The translations under genes and the position numbers were made by a program. From the NCBI GenBank assembly GCA_964605225.1, contig CAZSAY010000002.1:1748-65747 (forward strand): 64,000 bases of DNA, in the 5' to 3' direction. This stretch comes from an uncultured Thermodesulfobacteriota bacterium (lineage in GTDB: Bacteria; Desulfobacterota; GWC2-55-46; JADFVP01). Shown here one piece after another: positions 17,706-29,834 of this stretch (positions are counted from its first letter, which is position 1; each line of letters begins with the position of its first letter). Under the pieces are notes generated by a model. It had not been told where the DNA came from and did not search any database. It saw nothing but the letters and a program-made list of their open reading frames with translations.

Positions 17706-18866
17706 ATGAGTTCAGAGAAGTCTCTTTCCATACTGGGTTCAACGGGTTCCATAGGGTGTAGCACCCTTGATGTGGTACGCGCCAACCCGGAGAGGTTTAC
17801 AGTAAAGGCCCTATCCGCCGGACGAAATATCAAGCTCCTAAAAGAGCAGATAGAGGAGTTTTCCCCCTCTTACGTATCCGTACTTGACGAAGACGACGCC
17901 GCAGGGTTAAAGAGTTTCTTTAACGGCCGGATAGATGTAGGCGCAGGCGAGGAAGGGGCCTCCGTGGCGGCGTCCATGGGGGAAGTCGATTGTGTGGTAG
18001 CCGCCATAACAGGCGCGGCCGGGCTTATCCCCACCATGGCCGCCGTTGAGGCCGGTAAGGTAGTAGCCCTTGCCAACAAAGAGACCATGGTGCTTGCCGG
18101 CAAGCTTGTGAAGGAGAAGGCGGAAAAATCCGGAGCAGTCATATTGCCCGTTGACAGCGAGCACAGCGCGCTCTTTCAGTCCCTCACAGGTCACAGAAAG
18201 ACGGATGTGCGCCGTGTTATACTTACTGCATCGGGAGGTCCCTTTTTTAGTGATAAAGATCTGGACCTCAATACCGTCACCCCCGAAGAGGCCCTCAATC
18301 ATCCGAGATGGTCCATGGGGAAAAAAGTGACCATTGATTCCGCAACCCTTGTAAACAAGGGCCTTGAGGTTATTGAGGCAAGCATGCTCTTTGATCTTCC
18401 CCCTGAAAAGATATCCGTCTCCATACATCCGCAGAGCATCGTACACTCCATGGTCGAGTACGTTGACGGCTCCATTATCTCGCAGATGGGAGTTGCCGAT
18501 ATGAAGGGCCCCATAGCCTACGCCCTCGGTTACCCCGAGAGGATATGGGGCGCCATAGCCCCGCTTTCTCTTAACGGGCTCTCACTCGATTTTTTTGCCC
18601 CTGATATGGATAGATTCCCATGTCTCGGGCTGGCATATGGAGCGCTCCGCATAGGCGGCACGGCCCCGGCTGTGCTGAACGCCGCCGACGAGGTGGCCGT
18701 TGAAAATTTTTTAAATGGCAAGATTAAATTTACCGATATTTTCACCGTTATAGACGGTGTGCTTTCCCGTTTCACATCAAATAAGGTCACTTCCATAGGT
18801 GATGTCCTGGCGGCTGATAACGAGGCCAGAACAGGGGCCACTGAAATGATAAAAACCTTGAGGTAA
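17706..18866 (+). CDS. dxr: 1-deoxy-D-xylulose 5-phosphate reductoisomerase
   Basis: ILGSTGSIG NADPH motif, LANKE, DSEHSA, and HPRWSMG. Confidence 0.95.
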   Translation: MSSEKSLSILGSTGSIGCSTLDVVRANPERFTVKALSAGRNIKLLKEQIEEFSPSYVSVLDEDDAAGLKSFFNGRIDVGAGEEGASVAASMGEVDCVVAAITGAAGLIPTMAAVEAGKVVALANKETMVLAGKLVKEKAEKSGAVILPVDSEHSALFQSLTGHRKTDVRRVILTASGGPFFSDKDLDLNTVTPEEALNHPRWSMGKKVTIDSATLVNKGLEVIEASMLFDLPPEKISVSIHPQSIVHSMVEYVDGSIISQMGVADMKGPIAYALGYPERIWGAIAPLSLNGLSLDFFAPDMDRFPCLGLAYGALRIGGTAPAVLNAADEVAVENFLNGKIKFTDIFTVIDGVLSRFTSNKVTSIGDVLAADNEARTGATEMIKTLR

Positions 18867-18874
18867 TATCAATT

Positions 18875-20176
18875 ATGGTTACAGTAATCTCCTTTGTAAT
18901 AGTGCTTGGCGTTCTCGTATTTATCCACGAGTTCGGCCATTTCTGTGTTGCGAAATTAAGCGATATCAAGGTGGAAAAATTCTCCCTTGGTTTCGGACCC
19001 AAGCTAATAGGTTTTAAAAAAGGCGAGACTGAGTATATGCTGAGTCTACTGCCACTTGGCGGCTATGTAAAGATGATAGGCGAGGCGCCAGGAGAGGAAA
19101 TATCGGAAGCGGACAGGCAGAGGTCCTTTACGGCGAAGAGCCCGCTGAACAGGGCGGCCATAGTAGCCGCGGGACCTGTGATGAACCTTATCCTCGCCTT
19201 TATACTACTTCCGCTCATCTATATCATAGGCATCGAGGTTCCGGCGTATCTCGAAAGGCCTACTGCCGTTGGTTACGTCTTTGCCGGCAGTCCGGCCGAA
19301 AAGGCGGGGCTGCAAAAAGGCGATATCATTAAACTCGTAGACGGCAAACACGTATCCACATGGCAGGATTTTATCGCCATAACGGCCATGAACCCTGCAA
19401 GCACGCTGAGGCTTACCATATCAAGGGAATCAAAGGTAATTGAGGCAACCGTCAATCCCGAGACTTCGTCAAAGACGGGCGCCGGTACGGTAGGGATACT
19501 TCCCCCGATGCGGCCTGTTATCAGCTCCGTCAATAAAGACTACCCCGCTTACAAGGCTGGGCTACGGCCCGGAGATGTCATACTCTCGGTGAACGGGCAC
19601 GGGATAACTCACTGGCTTGAGCTTGAATCCCTCGTAAGTAAAGACGCGGTGAGCAAAAAATTTACCATAAAAAGGGGTGAGAAGACCTTTGATGTGGATA
19701 TAATCCCGCGTGCGGCCAGTGACGGCAAAAAGTTTCTTATCGGTGTCTCACGCGAGGAAGAACGGGCCCTTAAAAAATACGGCGTCGGTGAATCCATCTC
19801 AAAAGGCATCTCTTCATCGTGGGAGATGACGGAAAAGCTCTTTATCGTCATAAAGGGCCTTATCGTGGGGCAGTACTCCCTGAAGACCCTTGGCGGACCT
19901 ATTATGATAGCCCAGGTGGCGGGAAGGGCCGCCCATGAGGGACTATCCGATATACTCTCTCTTGTGGCATTTCTCAGCCTTCAGCTCGGCATAATAAACC
20001 TCTTTCCCATACCTGTGCTTGACGGCGGCCATATCATGTTTCTTGCCGTGGAAAGCATAAAAGGAAAACCCCTTAGCGACAGGTTCATGGGAGTGGCCCA
20101 GCAGATAGGTATCGCCCTTATCATAAGCCTCATGGTGCTCGTCACCTATAACGATATATTCCGTATCTTCAGCTGA
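18875..20176 (+). CDS. rseP: RIP zinc metalloprotease RseP (site-2 protease, two PDZ domains)
   Basis: HEFGHF zinc motif in TM1, PDZ-like GLQKGDII and GLRPGDVI segments, C-terminal NLFPIPVLDGG. Confidence 0.9.
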   Translation: MVTVISFVIVLGVLVFIHEFGHFCVAKLSDIKVEKFSLGFGPKLIGFKKGETEYMLSLLPLGGYVKMIGEAPGEEISEADRQRSFTAKSPLNRAAIVAAGPVMNLILAFILLPLIYIIGIEVPAYLERPTAVGYVFAGSPAEKAGLQKGDIIKLVDGKHVSTWQDFIAITAMNPASTLRLTISRESKVIEATVNPETSSKTGAGTVGILPPMRPVISSVNKDYPAYKAGLRPGDVILSVNGHGITHWLELESLVSKDAVSKKFTIKRGEKTFDVDIIPRAASDGKKFLIGVSREEERALKKYGVGESISKGISSSWEMTEKLFIVIKGLIVGQYSLKTLGGPIMIAQVAGRAAHEGLSDILSLVAFLSLQLGIINLFPIPVLDGGHIMFLAVESIKGKPLSDRFMGVAQQIGIALIISLMVLVTYNDIFRIFS

Positions 20177-20225
20177 GGTCTTCCCGGAAGATGTATCTCT
20201 TGACCTCATTAATGGGATTTTTTCT

Positions 20226-20927
20226 ATGATTCTCGCTATCGATACATCGGGACGATCGGGAAGCATCGCCCTTGTGGATAAGGGAAAGCTCGTAGCGGAA
20301 CGAATAGTCGCCGACGCCGGGCCTCATGCCCGCTGGCTCCTCGGTAATATTGTCGATACATGTACCTCAAGCGGCATACCCCCAGGTGAGATAGACCTAT
20401 TTGCCGTGGCCGTGGGGCCGGGCTCGTTTACAGGGCTACGCATCGGTCTTACGACCATTAAGGGGCTGGCCTGGTCCATGGGAAAACCCGTTGTACCTGT
20501 CTCCACACTTAAGGCCCTTGCCATGAACGCCTCTACGGCAGGCGTGCCCGTCTGCCCCGTACTGGACGCCAGAAAATCCGAAGTCTACACCGCACTTTAT
20601 GCCTTTAAGGACGGTTTGATAGAGACCCTTATGGAGCCTGTCTCCACGCGCCCCGAGTTTCTTTTAGAGGGCCTTCGTAAGGTCTATCCTGAGCCCGGGG
20701 CCATTATCTTCCTCGGGACGGGACTTGATATATATGGCGAACTAATCTCTACGGGTAGAAGGGGCGCGGTCCTGGCCCCGGAGCCGCTCTGGTTTGTGAG
20801 GGCATCCAATATCGCCGCTCTTGGGTCCACGAAAGACTCCTGCTCTTGTTCGGCCACGGAGCTGGTCCCTTTTTATCTTCGAAAATCAGAGGCCGAGATT
20901 AGAAGAAAGACCCGCCTTAACGGCTAA
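20226..20927 (+). CDS. tsaB: tRNA threonylcarbamoyladenosine biosynthesis protein TsaB
   Basis: MILAIDTSG...GPGSFTGLRIG motif of the YeaZ/TsaB family. Confidence 0.85.
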   Translation: MILAIDTSGRSGSIALVDKGKLVAERIVADAGPHARWLLGNIVDTCTSSGIPPGEIDLFAVAVGPGSFTGLRIGLTTIKGLAWSMGKPVVPVSTLKALAMNASTAGVPVCPVLDARKSEVYTALYAFKDGLIETLMEPVSTRPEFLLEGLRKVYPEPGAIIFLGTGLDIYGELISTGRRGAVLAPEPLWFVRASNIAALGSTKDSCSCSATELVPFYLRKSEAEIRRKTRLNG

Positions 20928-20942
20928 GACGCCACTGTCATG

Positions 20943-20971
20943 TTGACAACTCTATTCTTGTAAGTTATTAT
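20943..20971 (+). promoter_or_regulatory. Putative sigma70 promoter (TTGACA-17-TATTAT) for the DUF465 gene
   Basis: TTGACA at 20943-20948 and TATTAT at 20966-20971. Confidence 0.45.
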
Positions 20972-21077
20972 ATTAAATCCGGTTAATACCCAAGTAGAAG
21001 GTTTTAATCCGCTTTTTAATTCCCATTCTCTATACGGGAGTTTTGGCTTTATTATTACTTGATCATAAGGAGATGCC

Positions 21078-21299
21078 ATGTTGGAGCAGACGGAGCTTGT
21101 TGAGAGACTTCTGGAAGAGAACGAGGCCTTCAAAAAAGCCTATACCGAACACAAGGACTTTAAGCGGCGTGTAGGAGAGCTTGAAAAAAAAGGTATTTTA
21201 AACGCCGAAGAGAGGCTTGAAGAGAAGAGGCTCAAGAAGCTTAAGCTTGCCCTCAAGGATGATATGGAAAAAATCCTACTTGCCGCCGCGGAAGGCTAA
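21078..21299 (+). CDS. DUF465 (YdcH-like) coiled-coil protein
   Basis: 73 aa. The pattern EHKDFKRRVGELEKKG...EEKRLKKLKLALKDDMEKIL is typical of DUF465. Confidence 0.7.
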   Translation: MLEQTELVERLLEENEAFKKAYTEHKDFKRRVGELEKKGILNAEERLEEKRLKKLKLALKDDMEKILLAAAEG

Positions 21300-21449
21300 A
21301 CCGCGGGAGCCGGTTTTTTCCGGCAATTGAATCAATATTGTCCCTCCTTTAATGGACCGTTGCCTTGATAAGTAAGCGCATAGGGAGGGGGTTAAGACCG
21401 GTCTATAAAGAGAGACCCTCACCGGGGGTCCGGAGGATAGTCGGAAAAT

Positions 21450-23108
21450 ATGACAGATAGAAGTGACAGGATTAAAAAAGGTCTCGAAAGGGTACCCCAC
21501 AGGGCGCTTATGTACGCCACGGGCTTGCCTAAAAAGGAGATGAAAAAACCCTTCATAGGCGTGGCTTCGAGTTTTACGGATCTCATCCCCGGGCATATCG
21601 GCATGAGAGACCTTGAGCGTTTTATTGAAAAGGGTATTCACACCGGCGGCGGTTATCCCTTTATCTTCGGCCTGCCGGGTGTCTGCGACGGCATCGCCAT
21701 GGGCCATAAGGGCATGCACTATTCCCTTCCCATACGTGAACTTATCGCCGACCTCGTAGAGAGCGTCGCAGAGGGACATGCCCTTGACGGCCTTGTATTT
21801 CTTACCAACTGCGACAAAATCAGCCCCGGTATGCTCATGGCCGCGGCGCGTCTTAACATCCCCTCGATAGTCGTCTCGGCAGGGCCCATGATGACGGGGC
21901 GGTACAGGGGCAAAAAGCTCTCCCTCATTCGCAATACCTTCGAGGCCATGGGCCGCTTCAAGAACGGCGAGATAGACGCAAAAGAACTCGAAGCCTGTGA
22001 GATGGGCGCATGTCCCGGAGCTGGAAGCTGTCAGGGCCTTTATACGGCCAATACCATGAATTGCCTTACCGAGGCCATGGGCATGAGCCTTCCCTGGTGC
22101 GGAACGGCCATGGCCGGTTCAGCGGAAAAAAGAAGAATCGCCTTTGATAGCGGCGTAAAAATAGTGGAGCTGGTGCAAAAGAAAGTGACGCCTCGAAAGA
22201 TTATGACAAAGGCCGCCTTTGAGAACGCCATAAGGGTAGACCTTGCCCTTGGCGGCTCATCAAACACGGTGCTTCATCTTCTTGCTATCGCCCACGAGGC
22301 AGGGGTGGAGCTACCCCTTGAGCTCTTTGACACCATAAGCAAGTGCACGCCCCATATCGCCTCACTGGAGCCTGTAGGCGATTATTACATGGAGGACCTG
22401 CACTGGGCAGGCGGCATAACGGCGGTACTCTCAAGGCTGAAGGATTCTCTGAAAGACAACCCCACGGTCTCGGGTAAACGTATAAAGGCCATCGCCGCTG
22501 CATGTGATTACATCGACGATAACGTGCTTCGTCCCCTTAAGAGGCCCTATCACAAAGAGGGCGGCATAGCCATATTAAAGGGCAACCTCGCCCCCCTTGG
22601 GGCCGTTGTAAAGCAATCGGGAGTAAGTAGCGCAATGATGCGTTTTTCCGGAAGGGCCCGTGTATTTGACTCTGAAGAGAAGGCCATGAAGGCCATACTT
22701 AAAAAAGATATAAAAAAGGGCGATTGCGTGGTTATCCGGTATGAGGGGCCAAAAGGCGGCCCCGGTATGCGCGAGATGCTCTCTCCCACGGCCACTCTCA
22801 TGGGCATGGGCCTTGGAGACTCCGTGGCGCTTATTACGGACGGGAGGTTCTCCGGCGGCACACGCGGACCATGCGTGGGGCATATCTCCCCTGAGGCCAT
22901 GGAGGGCGGCCCAATAGCCCTGATAAAAGAGGGTGACCTCATAGAGATGGATATCCATAAGAGAACACTGAATCTAAGGGTAGCGCCAGGTGACCTTGAG
23001 CTTAGGCGCAAGGCCTGGAAGGCCCCTGCACCGAAGATAAAGTCGGGCTGGCTAAGTAGATACGCCCGTAACGTCACCTCCGCCAACACGGGCGCCGTCC
23101 AGAAGTAG
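21450..23108 (+). CDS. ilvD: Dihydroxy-acid dehydratase
   Basis: 552 aa. IlvD/Edd motifs [19 protein letters not shown] and [10 protein letters not shown]. Confidence 0.95.
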   Translation: MTDRSDRIKKGLERVPHRALMYATGLPKKEMKKPFIGVASSFTDLIPGHIGMRDLERFIEKGIHTGGGYPFIFGLPGVCDGIAMGHKGMHYSLPIRELIADLVESVAEGHALDGLVFLTNCDKISPGMLMAAARLNIPSIVVSAGPMMTGRYRGKKLSLIRNTFEAMGRFKNGEIDAKELEACEMGACPGAGSCQGLYTANTMNCLTEAMGMSLPWCGTAMAGSAEKRRIAFDSGVKIVELVQKKVTPRKIMTKAAFENAIRVDLALGGSSNTVLHLLAIAHEAGVELPLELFDTISKCTPHIASLEPVGDYYMEDLHWAGGITAVLSRLKDSLKDNPTVSGKRIKAIAAACDYIDDNVLRPLKRPYHKEGGIAILKGNLAPLGAVVKQSGVSSAMMRFSGRARVFDSEEKAMKAILKKDIKKGDCVVIRYEGPKGGPGMREMLSPTATLMGMGLGDSVALITDGRFSGGTRGPCVGHISPEAMEGGPIALIKEGDLIEMDIHKRTLNLRVAPGDLELRRKAWKAPAPKIKSGWLSRYARNVTSANTGAVQK

Positions 23109-23255
23109 GGGCATAATCGGGGCGAATGGGGTAAATCGGAGTGCACAATTTGGAATTGCTAAATAGGGGCGCATAACGGGTGCCTCGAAAGAGCCTTGAT
23201 AGCGTGGGATAATCATTGGCAGACCCCTTGAAAAATAGTGGGGCATAATCAAGGG
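23108..23255 (+). repeat. Array of degenerate G-run/ATAA motifs in the ilvD-ilvB spacer
   Basis: GGGGCATAATC occurs exactly twice (23108-23118 and 23240-23250). Back-to-back variants GGGGCGAAT, GGGGTAAATC and GGAGTGCACAAT span 23119-23149. TAGGGGCGCATAACGGGTGCC sits at 23164-23184. Confidence 0.7.
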
Positions 23256-23422
23256 TATAGTTGAGGCGCAATGAGCAGGCTATGGCCGATCAAGGCCTCC
23301 GGCGCGTAAGTCTAAAGGTTTAAAAGAAATTGATAACCAGGCGCTATGATTATGATAAAGTCACGGGGAGTGATATTAATGAATCCGGGCTTTTTTATTA
23401 CCATGGAGAGGTTTAAAGGGAT

Positions 23423-25132
23423 ATGACAAAAAACAAGACGATTACAGGCGCCCAGATATTAATCGAGTCTCTTAAAAAAGAAGGCGTGGATACTATCTTC
23501 GGTTTTCCCGGCGGCGCGGTCCTGCCTGTATACGACGAGCTCTACGACGCGCCACTCGAGCATGTACTGGTCCGCCATGAGCAGGGGGCCGTGCATATGG
23601 CCGACGGCTACGCAAGGGTATCCGGTAAAGCCGGTGTCGTCCTTGTAACCTCGGGCCCGGGCGCCACAAATACGGTTACGGGTATCGCCACGGCATATAT
23701 GGACTCAATACCCATGGTAGTCTTCAGCGGACAGGTCCCCTCTGCCCTCATAGGTAACGACGCCTTTCAGGAGGCCGATATCGTTGGCATCACAAGGCCC
23801 TGTACAAAGCATAATTACCTGGTAAAGGACATAAAAGACCTTGCCACAATCATCAAAGAGGCCTTTTTTATCGCTACCACCGGTAGGCCCGGCCCTGTGC
23901 TTGTGGATATCCCCAAAGATATCTTTACTGCAAAGACCGTCTTTGAGTACCCTGAAAAAGTGAACATACCCAGTTATCAGCCCACCTACAAAGGGCACCC
24001 GGGGCAGGTTAAAAAGGCCATTGATTTTATCCTGAAATCCAAGCGGCCCGTTATATACGCCGGGGGCGGAGTGCTTCTCTCAAACGCCGCGAAGGAGCTT
24101 ACGAAATTCGCGGAAAAACTCGCTATCCCCACTACTACAACGCTCATGGGCCTTGGTGGTTTTCCCGGCACACACCCCCTCTTTCTCGGCATGCTCGGCA
24201 TGCACGGCACTTATGCCGCCAATATGGCCGTAACGGACTCGGATTGCCTTATCGCAATAGGTTCGCGTTTTGACGACCGTGTTACGGGTAAGATCGCCGA
24301 GTTCGCCCCTTACGCGGGCGTGGTGCATATCGACATAGACCCCACCTCCATAAGTAAAAACGTAAAGGTGGATATACCCATAGTGGGCGATGTGAAGAAG
24401 GTGCTCGGTGATATGCTCAAGGCCCTGCCGAAGGCCGCTGAGCTAAAAAAATTCAAGGCTAATATCTCTCCATGGAACGCGGAGATTGAAAAGTGGAAGG
24501 CCGAGCATGGCCTTACCTACGACAGGACACCTGGAGAGAGAATAAAACCCCAGTATGTAGTGGAAAAACTCTATGAGGCCACAAAAGGCGATGCCATAAT
24601 CACCACAGAGGTAGGGCAGAACCAGATGTGGGCCGCCCAGTTTTTCAAGTTTGACAGACCGCGCACATTCCTCACATCAGGGGGACTCGGGACCATGGGC
24701 TACGGCTTTCCCGCGGCCATAGGCGCCCAGATCGCCTTGCCTGGAAAAACCGTTATAGATATCGCCGGTGACGGCTCCATACAGATGAATATCCAGGAAA
24801 TCGCCACTGCCGTTCAGTACAGGCTCCCCGTAATAGTTGCCATACTAAACAATATGGTCCTTGGCATGGTAAGGCAATGGCAGGAACTTTTCTATGACAA
24901 GAGATACTCGCATACCTGTATGTCCGTTGCCCCGGATTACGTTAAACTCGCGGAGGCTTACGGGGCGGCCGGCTTCAAGGTTACGGATAGGGAAGATGTG
25001 ACTCCCGTGATCAAGAAGGCCCTTAAGATAAAAGACAGGCCTATTATCATAGATTTTCGCGTCGAGCCTTTTGAGGGTGTATACCCCATGGTGCCGGCAG
25101 GTCAACCCATTAACAAGATGCTCCTTGTATAG
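23423..25132 (+). CDS. ilvB: Acetolactate synthase large subunit
   Basis: 569 aa ThDP enzyme with the GDGS.QMN ThDP-binding motif, followed directly by the small subunit. Confidence 0.95.
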   Translation: MTKNKTITGAQILIESLKKEGVDTIFGFPGGAVLPVYDELYDAPLEHVLVRHEQGAVHMADGYARVSGKAGVVLVTSGPGATNTVTGIATAYMDSIPMVVFSGQVPSALIGNDAFQEADIVGITRPCTKHNYLVKDIKDLATIIKEAFFIATTGRPGPVLVDIPKDIFTAKTVFEYPEKVNIPSYQPTYKGHPGQVKKAIDFILKSKRPVIYAGGGVLLSNAAKELTKFAEKLAIPTTTTLMGLGGFPGTHPLFLGMLGMHGTYAANMAVTDSDCLIAIGSRFDDRVTGKIAEFAPYAGVVHIDIDPTSISKNVKVDIPIVGDVKKVLGDMLKALPKAAELKKFKANISPWNAEIEKWKAEHGLTYDRTPGERIKPQYVVEKLYEATKGDAIITTEVGQNQMWAAQFFKFDRPRTFLTSGGLGTMGYGFPAAIGAQIALPGKTVIDIAGDGSIQMNIQEIATAVQYRLPVIVAILNNMVLGMVRQWQELFYDKRYSHTCMSVAPDYVKLAEAYGAAGFKVTDREDVTPVIKKALKIKDRPIIIDFRVEPFEGVYPMVPAGQPINKMLLV

Positions 25133-25169
25133 TCTCCAATGACAATGTATATTTAGACTGGAGGATAGA

Positions 25170-25655
25170 TTGCGCCATACTATTTCCGTACTTGTTACAA
25201 ATGAATTTGGTGTCTTATCAAGGATATCGGGACTTTTCTCTGGAAGGGGTTTTAATATCGAGTCCCTTACCGTGGCCGAGACAATGGACGCCGCTGTATC
25301 GCGAATGACCATTATAACGAGGGGCAATGACAAGGTCCTTGAGCAGATTACCAAACAGCTCAATAAACTGATAAGCGTTATAAAGGTCCATGATTTTACC
25401 GCTGAAGATCATATCGAGAGAGAGCTTGCCCTTATAAAGGTCTCCTCAAAGGGAGAGAATAGGGCTGAGATACTGAGCATTGTAGAGATATTCAGGGGGA
25501 GAATCGTAGATATCAGCCAGAAAAGCTACACTATAGAGATAACCGGAGGCCCGGAAAAGATAAAGGCTATTACGGATCTATTGCAACCATTCGGCATAAA
25601 GGAGATAGCCCGTACGGGAAGTCTCGTTATAGCCAGAACCCCAAAACAAAAATAA
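25170..25655 (+). CDS. ilvN: Acetolactate synthase small (regulatory) subunit
   Basis: ACT domain HTISVLVTNEFGVLSRISGLFSGRGFNIESL. TTG start 5 nt after GGAGG. Confidence 0.9.
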   Translation: MRHTISVLVTNEFGVLSRISGLFSGRGFNIESLTVAETMDAAVSRMTIITRGNDKVLEQITKQLNKLISVIKVHDFTAEDHIERELALIKVSSKGENRAEILSIVEIFRGRIVDISQKSYTIEITGGPEKIKAITDLLQPFGIKEIARTGSLVIARTPKQK

Positions 25656-25747
25656 AGTCATTCCTCATCTTACGGCAGGGCCGACCTTTGGATCTTAAGG
25701 TCAGGTTGCCATGATGGGATTTGATTAAAAAGAGGAGGTTTTTTTAG

Positions 25748-26764
<1,017 letters not shown>

Positions 26765-26777
26765 TCCTTCTTCCAAT

Positions 26778-27467
26778 ATGAAAAGCACTGCGGGAGAAGA
26801 CAAGAACGGGAGCCCATATAGAGACGGCCTGAAGATGCCTCTGGCCGTAGAGGGCTACCCTTTCATGCTCATAGCCCTGGTCGTTACCGTTGTTGTCTTC
26901 TCGATCTCGCGCTCATGGATTTTAGGGGCCATCTTCTTTGCGATTTTCATCTTCGTGGTGGCCTTTTTCAGAGACCCGAGAAGAGAGATTCCTTCTGACC
27001 CCGGCTCTATAGTAAGCCCTGCCGACGGACGGGTTATAATTGTAAAGCAGGTCTTTGATGAGCGCTTTACAGGAAAAGAGACCATAAAGATAAGTATCTT
27101 CATGAACCTCTTTAATGTTCATGTCAACAGGGCCCCGGCCTCGGGACGCGTGCAAAAGGTTGTCTATAACCCGGGAAAATTTTTCTCCGCCAACCTCGAT
27201 AAGGCCAGCCTCGTAAACGAACAGAACGCCGTTATAGCAACGGGCCCCGACGGTCAGGTCTTTGTCTTTAATCAGATAGCCGGACTTGTGGCAAGACGCA
27301 TTGTATGCCGGCTTAAGGCCGGTATGGACATATCAAAAGGCAGGCGCTTCGGGCTTATAAGATTCGGCTCAAGGCTTGACGTATATCTTCCCGTTGGTTC
27401 GCGTATTACCGTTAAGGTCGGTGATAAGGTGAGCGCGGGCACTTCAATATTAGGGTACTGGTCATGA
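26778..27467 (+). CDS. psd: Phosphatidylserine decarboxylase proenzyme (short type)
   Basis: LIRFGSRLDVYLP contains the G-S self-cleavage site, and two N-terminal TM helices are present. An alternative start at ATG 26835 (MPLAVEGYPF) is equally plausible. Confidence 0.85.
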   Translation: MKSTAGEDKNGSPYRDGLKMPLAVEGYPFMLIALVVTVVVFSISRSWILGAIFFAIFIFVVAFFRDPRREIPSDPGSIVSPADGRVIIVKQVFDERFTGKETIKISIFMNLFNVHVNRAPASGRVQKVVYNPGKFFSANLDKASLVNEQNAVIATGPDGQVFVFNQIAGLVARRIVCRLKAGMDISKGRRFGLIRFGSRLDVYLPVGSRITVKVGDKVSAGTSILGYWS

Positions 27468-28279
27468 GAGACAGAGAACTCAGAAAGCCCTTAAAGGGCA
27501 GGGGACTTAAACGGGAGAACCTTAAAAAAGGGATTTTTCTCCTTCCCAACCTTCTTACAAGCATGAGCCTCCTTGGCGGCTTTTACGCCATAATGGCCTG
27601 CATTGACGGTAAATTCGACCATGCCGCCATCGCCATACTAATATCCGCAGTCATTGACGGCCTTGACGGCAGGATAGCGAGGCTTACGCACACAAGCAGT
27701 AAATTCGGGGCGGAGTACGATTCCCTTGCCGACCTCGTGGCCTTTGGGCTTGCTCCCGGTGTCCTTATATTCACCTGGGCACTCCGTCCATTTGGTCGCT
27801 ACGGCTGGCTCGCGGCCTTTCTATATGTCGTCTGCGGGGCCCTTAGGCTGGCGCGTTTCAATGTGCAGATTTCAACGGTAGAGAGCAAGCGTTTTAACGG
27901 CCTGCCCATACCGGCGGCCGCGGCACTTGTGGCCTCTACGGTCCTGCTTTTTTTCAGCATAGGCAAAGGTCAGGAGATGGCAAAGCATATTACTGTGCTT
28001 CTACTTGTATATATGCTCGCATTCCTTATGATTAGCAATATAAAGTTTTATAGTTTTAAAGAACTTAACTTGAAGCGCAGGATGCCCTTCAGTCTCCTCG
28101 TGGGCCTTATATTTCTAATGATTGTAATAGCGGCCGAGCCGCCTCTTACGCTCTTTATCCTCTTTTTAGCCTACGCGGCCTCGGGTCCCGTGGTATGGCT
28201 TATTGAAAAAAGAAAAAATGCCCGTACAGGGGCTACCGCCCATGAGAGGAGTGAGGAGAACATCACTCACAATACATGA
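27464..28279 (+). CDS. pssA: CDP-diacylglycerol--serine O-phosphatidyltransferase
   Basis: CDP-alcohol phosphatidyltransferase motif DGLDGRIAR...GAEYDSLADL. ATGA overlap with the psd stop. Confidence 0.9.
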   Translation: MRDRELRKPLKGRGLKRENLKKGIFLLPNLLTSMSLLGGFYAIMACIDGKFDHAAIAILISAVIDGLDGRIARLTHTSSKFGAEYDSLADLVAFGLAPGVLIFTWALRPFGRYGWLAAFLYVVCGALRLARFNVQISTVESKRFNGLPIPAAAALVASTVLLFFSIGKGQEMAKHITVLLLVYMLAFLMISNIKFYSFKELNLKRRMPFSLLVGLIFLMIVIAAEPPLTLFILFLAYAASGPVVWLIEKRKNARTGATAHERSEENITHNT

Positions 28280-29829
28280 GGGAAAATATTAAGATGGATA
28301 CCGTAAAAATACTGGATACAACACTTCGCGACGGCGAGCAGTCTCCCGGCGCTTCCATGAACGTAGATGAAAAACTAATCGTCGCGCGTCAGCTCGCAAA
28401 GCTCGGCGTGGATGTAATTGAGGCGGGTTTCGCCTATAGCTCACCTGGAGACTTCGAGTCCATACGGGCCATAGCCGGTGAGGTAGAGGGCCCTGTCATA
28501 AGCTCACTTGCGCGCGCAAAACCCGAAGACGTGGACCGCGCCGCCGAGGCCCTTAAAGGCGCGCCAAAGGTGCGCATACATACCTTTATCTCAACCTCTG
28601 ACATTCACCTGAAGTATCAGTTCAAGATGAGCAAAAAAGAGGCCCTTAAGAGGGCCGTAGAGATGGTGGAGAGGGCAAGAGGTTATGTCGAAGATGTGGA
28701 GTTCTCTCCCATGGACGCCTCACGAAGCGACCCCGAGTACCTTTACGAGGTCCTCTCGGCCGTAATCAAGGCAGGCGCAACTACGCTCAACATACCCGAT
28801 ACCGTGGGCTATGCACTGCCCGATGTATTCGGCGGCCTTATAGGGGGTATTAAAAAGAACGTCTCCGATATAGATAAGGCCGTTATCTCCGTTCACTGCC
28901 ATAACGACCTCGGTCTTGCCACGGCCAACTCCCTGTCTGCCGTTATAAACGGCGCGAGACAGCTTGAATGTACGATAAACGGCATAGGAGAGCGCGCCGG
29001 TAACGCCTCTCTTGAAGAGCTTGTTATGATAATAAAGACCCATGGCGAGTCGCTCGGCCTTGGCACCAATATAAACACGGAGCAGATATACCCCTCATCA
29101 CGGCTGGTAAGCGGTATTACGGGAATATCCATTCAGCCCAACAAGGCAATAGTCGGTGAGAACGCCTTTGCTCACGAGTCGGGCATCCATCAGGACGGCC
29201 TCCTGAAAGAAAAGAGCACCTATGAGATTATGAGGCCCGAGACCGTGGGGCTTGCACGCTCTACTCTCGTAATGGGAAAGCACTCTGGAAGGCACGCCTT
29301 TGAGACTCGTATCAACGAATTGGGCTATGAGATAAGCTCCGATGACCTGCAGAAGGCCTTTGAGAGGTTCAAGCTCGTTGCCGATAAGAAAAAAGAGGTC
29401 TTTGACGAAGACATCGAGGCCATCGTGCAGGACGAGATCCTGAGGATGGACAATATCGAAGAGTTCAAGCTCCTCTCCCTTGATGTGAGAAGCGGCACCG
29501 AGACCCATCCACTGGCATCAGTAGAGATGGAGGTCCATGGCCGTAAGGTCTCCGAGTCCGTTGCCGGTGACGGCCCCGTTGACGCGGCCTACAGGACCAT
29601 CAAGAAAATCACCAATACAAGGAGCAAACTCCTTAAATACTCTGTAAACGCCATTACAGGCGGCACCGATGCACAGGGCGAGGTAACGGTGCGCCTCGAA
29701 GAGGGTGACTGCATCGCCCTTGGTCAGGGCGCACATACGGACATTATAGTGGCGAGCGCCAAGGCATACATTAACGCCCTTAACAGGCTCGAATACCGAA
29801 AACGCCATAAGCGCGAGGGCATCATCTAA
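28276..29829 (+). CDS. leuA: 2-isopropylmalate synthase
   Basis: [20 protein letters not shown] and the C-terminal LeuA dimerisation/regulatory domain. ATGA overlap with the pssA stop. Confidence 0.95.
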   Translation: MRENIKMDTVKILDTTLRDGEQSPGASMNVDEKLIVARQLAKLGVDVIEAGFAYSSPGDFESIRAIAGEVEGPVISSLARAKPEDVDRAAEALKGAPKVRIHTFISTSDIHLKYQFKMSKKEALKRAVEMVERARGYVEDVEFSPMDASRSDPEYLYEVLSAVIKAGATTLNIPDTVGYALPDVFGGLIGGIKKNVSDIDKAVISVHCHNDLGLATANSLSAVINGARQLECTINGIGERAGNASLEELVMIIKTHGESLGLGTNINTEQIYPSSRLVSGITGISIQPNKAIVGENAFAHESGIHQDGLLKEKSTYEIMRPETVGLARSTLVMGKHSGRHAFETRINELGYEISSDDLQKAFERFKLVADKKKEVFDEDIEAIVQDEILRMDNIEEFKLLSLDVRSGTETHPLASVEMEVHGRKVSESVAGDGPVDAAYRTIKKITNTRSKLLKYSVNAITGGTDAQGEVTVRLEEGDCIALGQGAHTDIIVASAKAYINALNRLEYRKRHKREGII

Positions 29830-29834
29830 ACCCG

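Noticed and set aside
23346-23426. 26-codon upstream ORF ([26 protein letters not shown]) ending in an ATGA overlap with the ilvB start; possible Ile-rich attenuation leader peptide
   Set aside because: It has only 5 Ile, 1 Val and 1 Leu, and these are not clustered as consecutive regulatory codons. It has no convincing SD. I could not find terminator/antiterminator alternative hairpins downstream (CCGGGCTTTTTT has no matching 5' arm). Worth a glance in Ribo-seq data, but not supportable from sequence alone.
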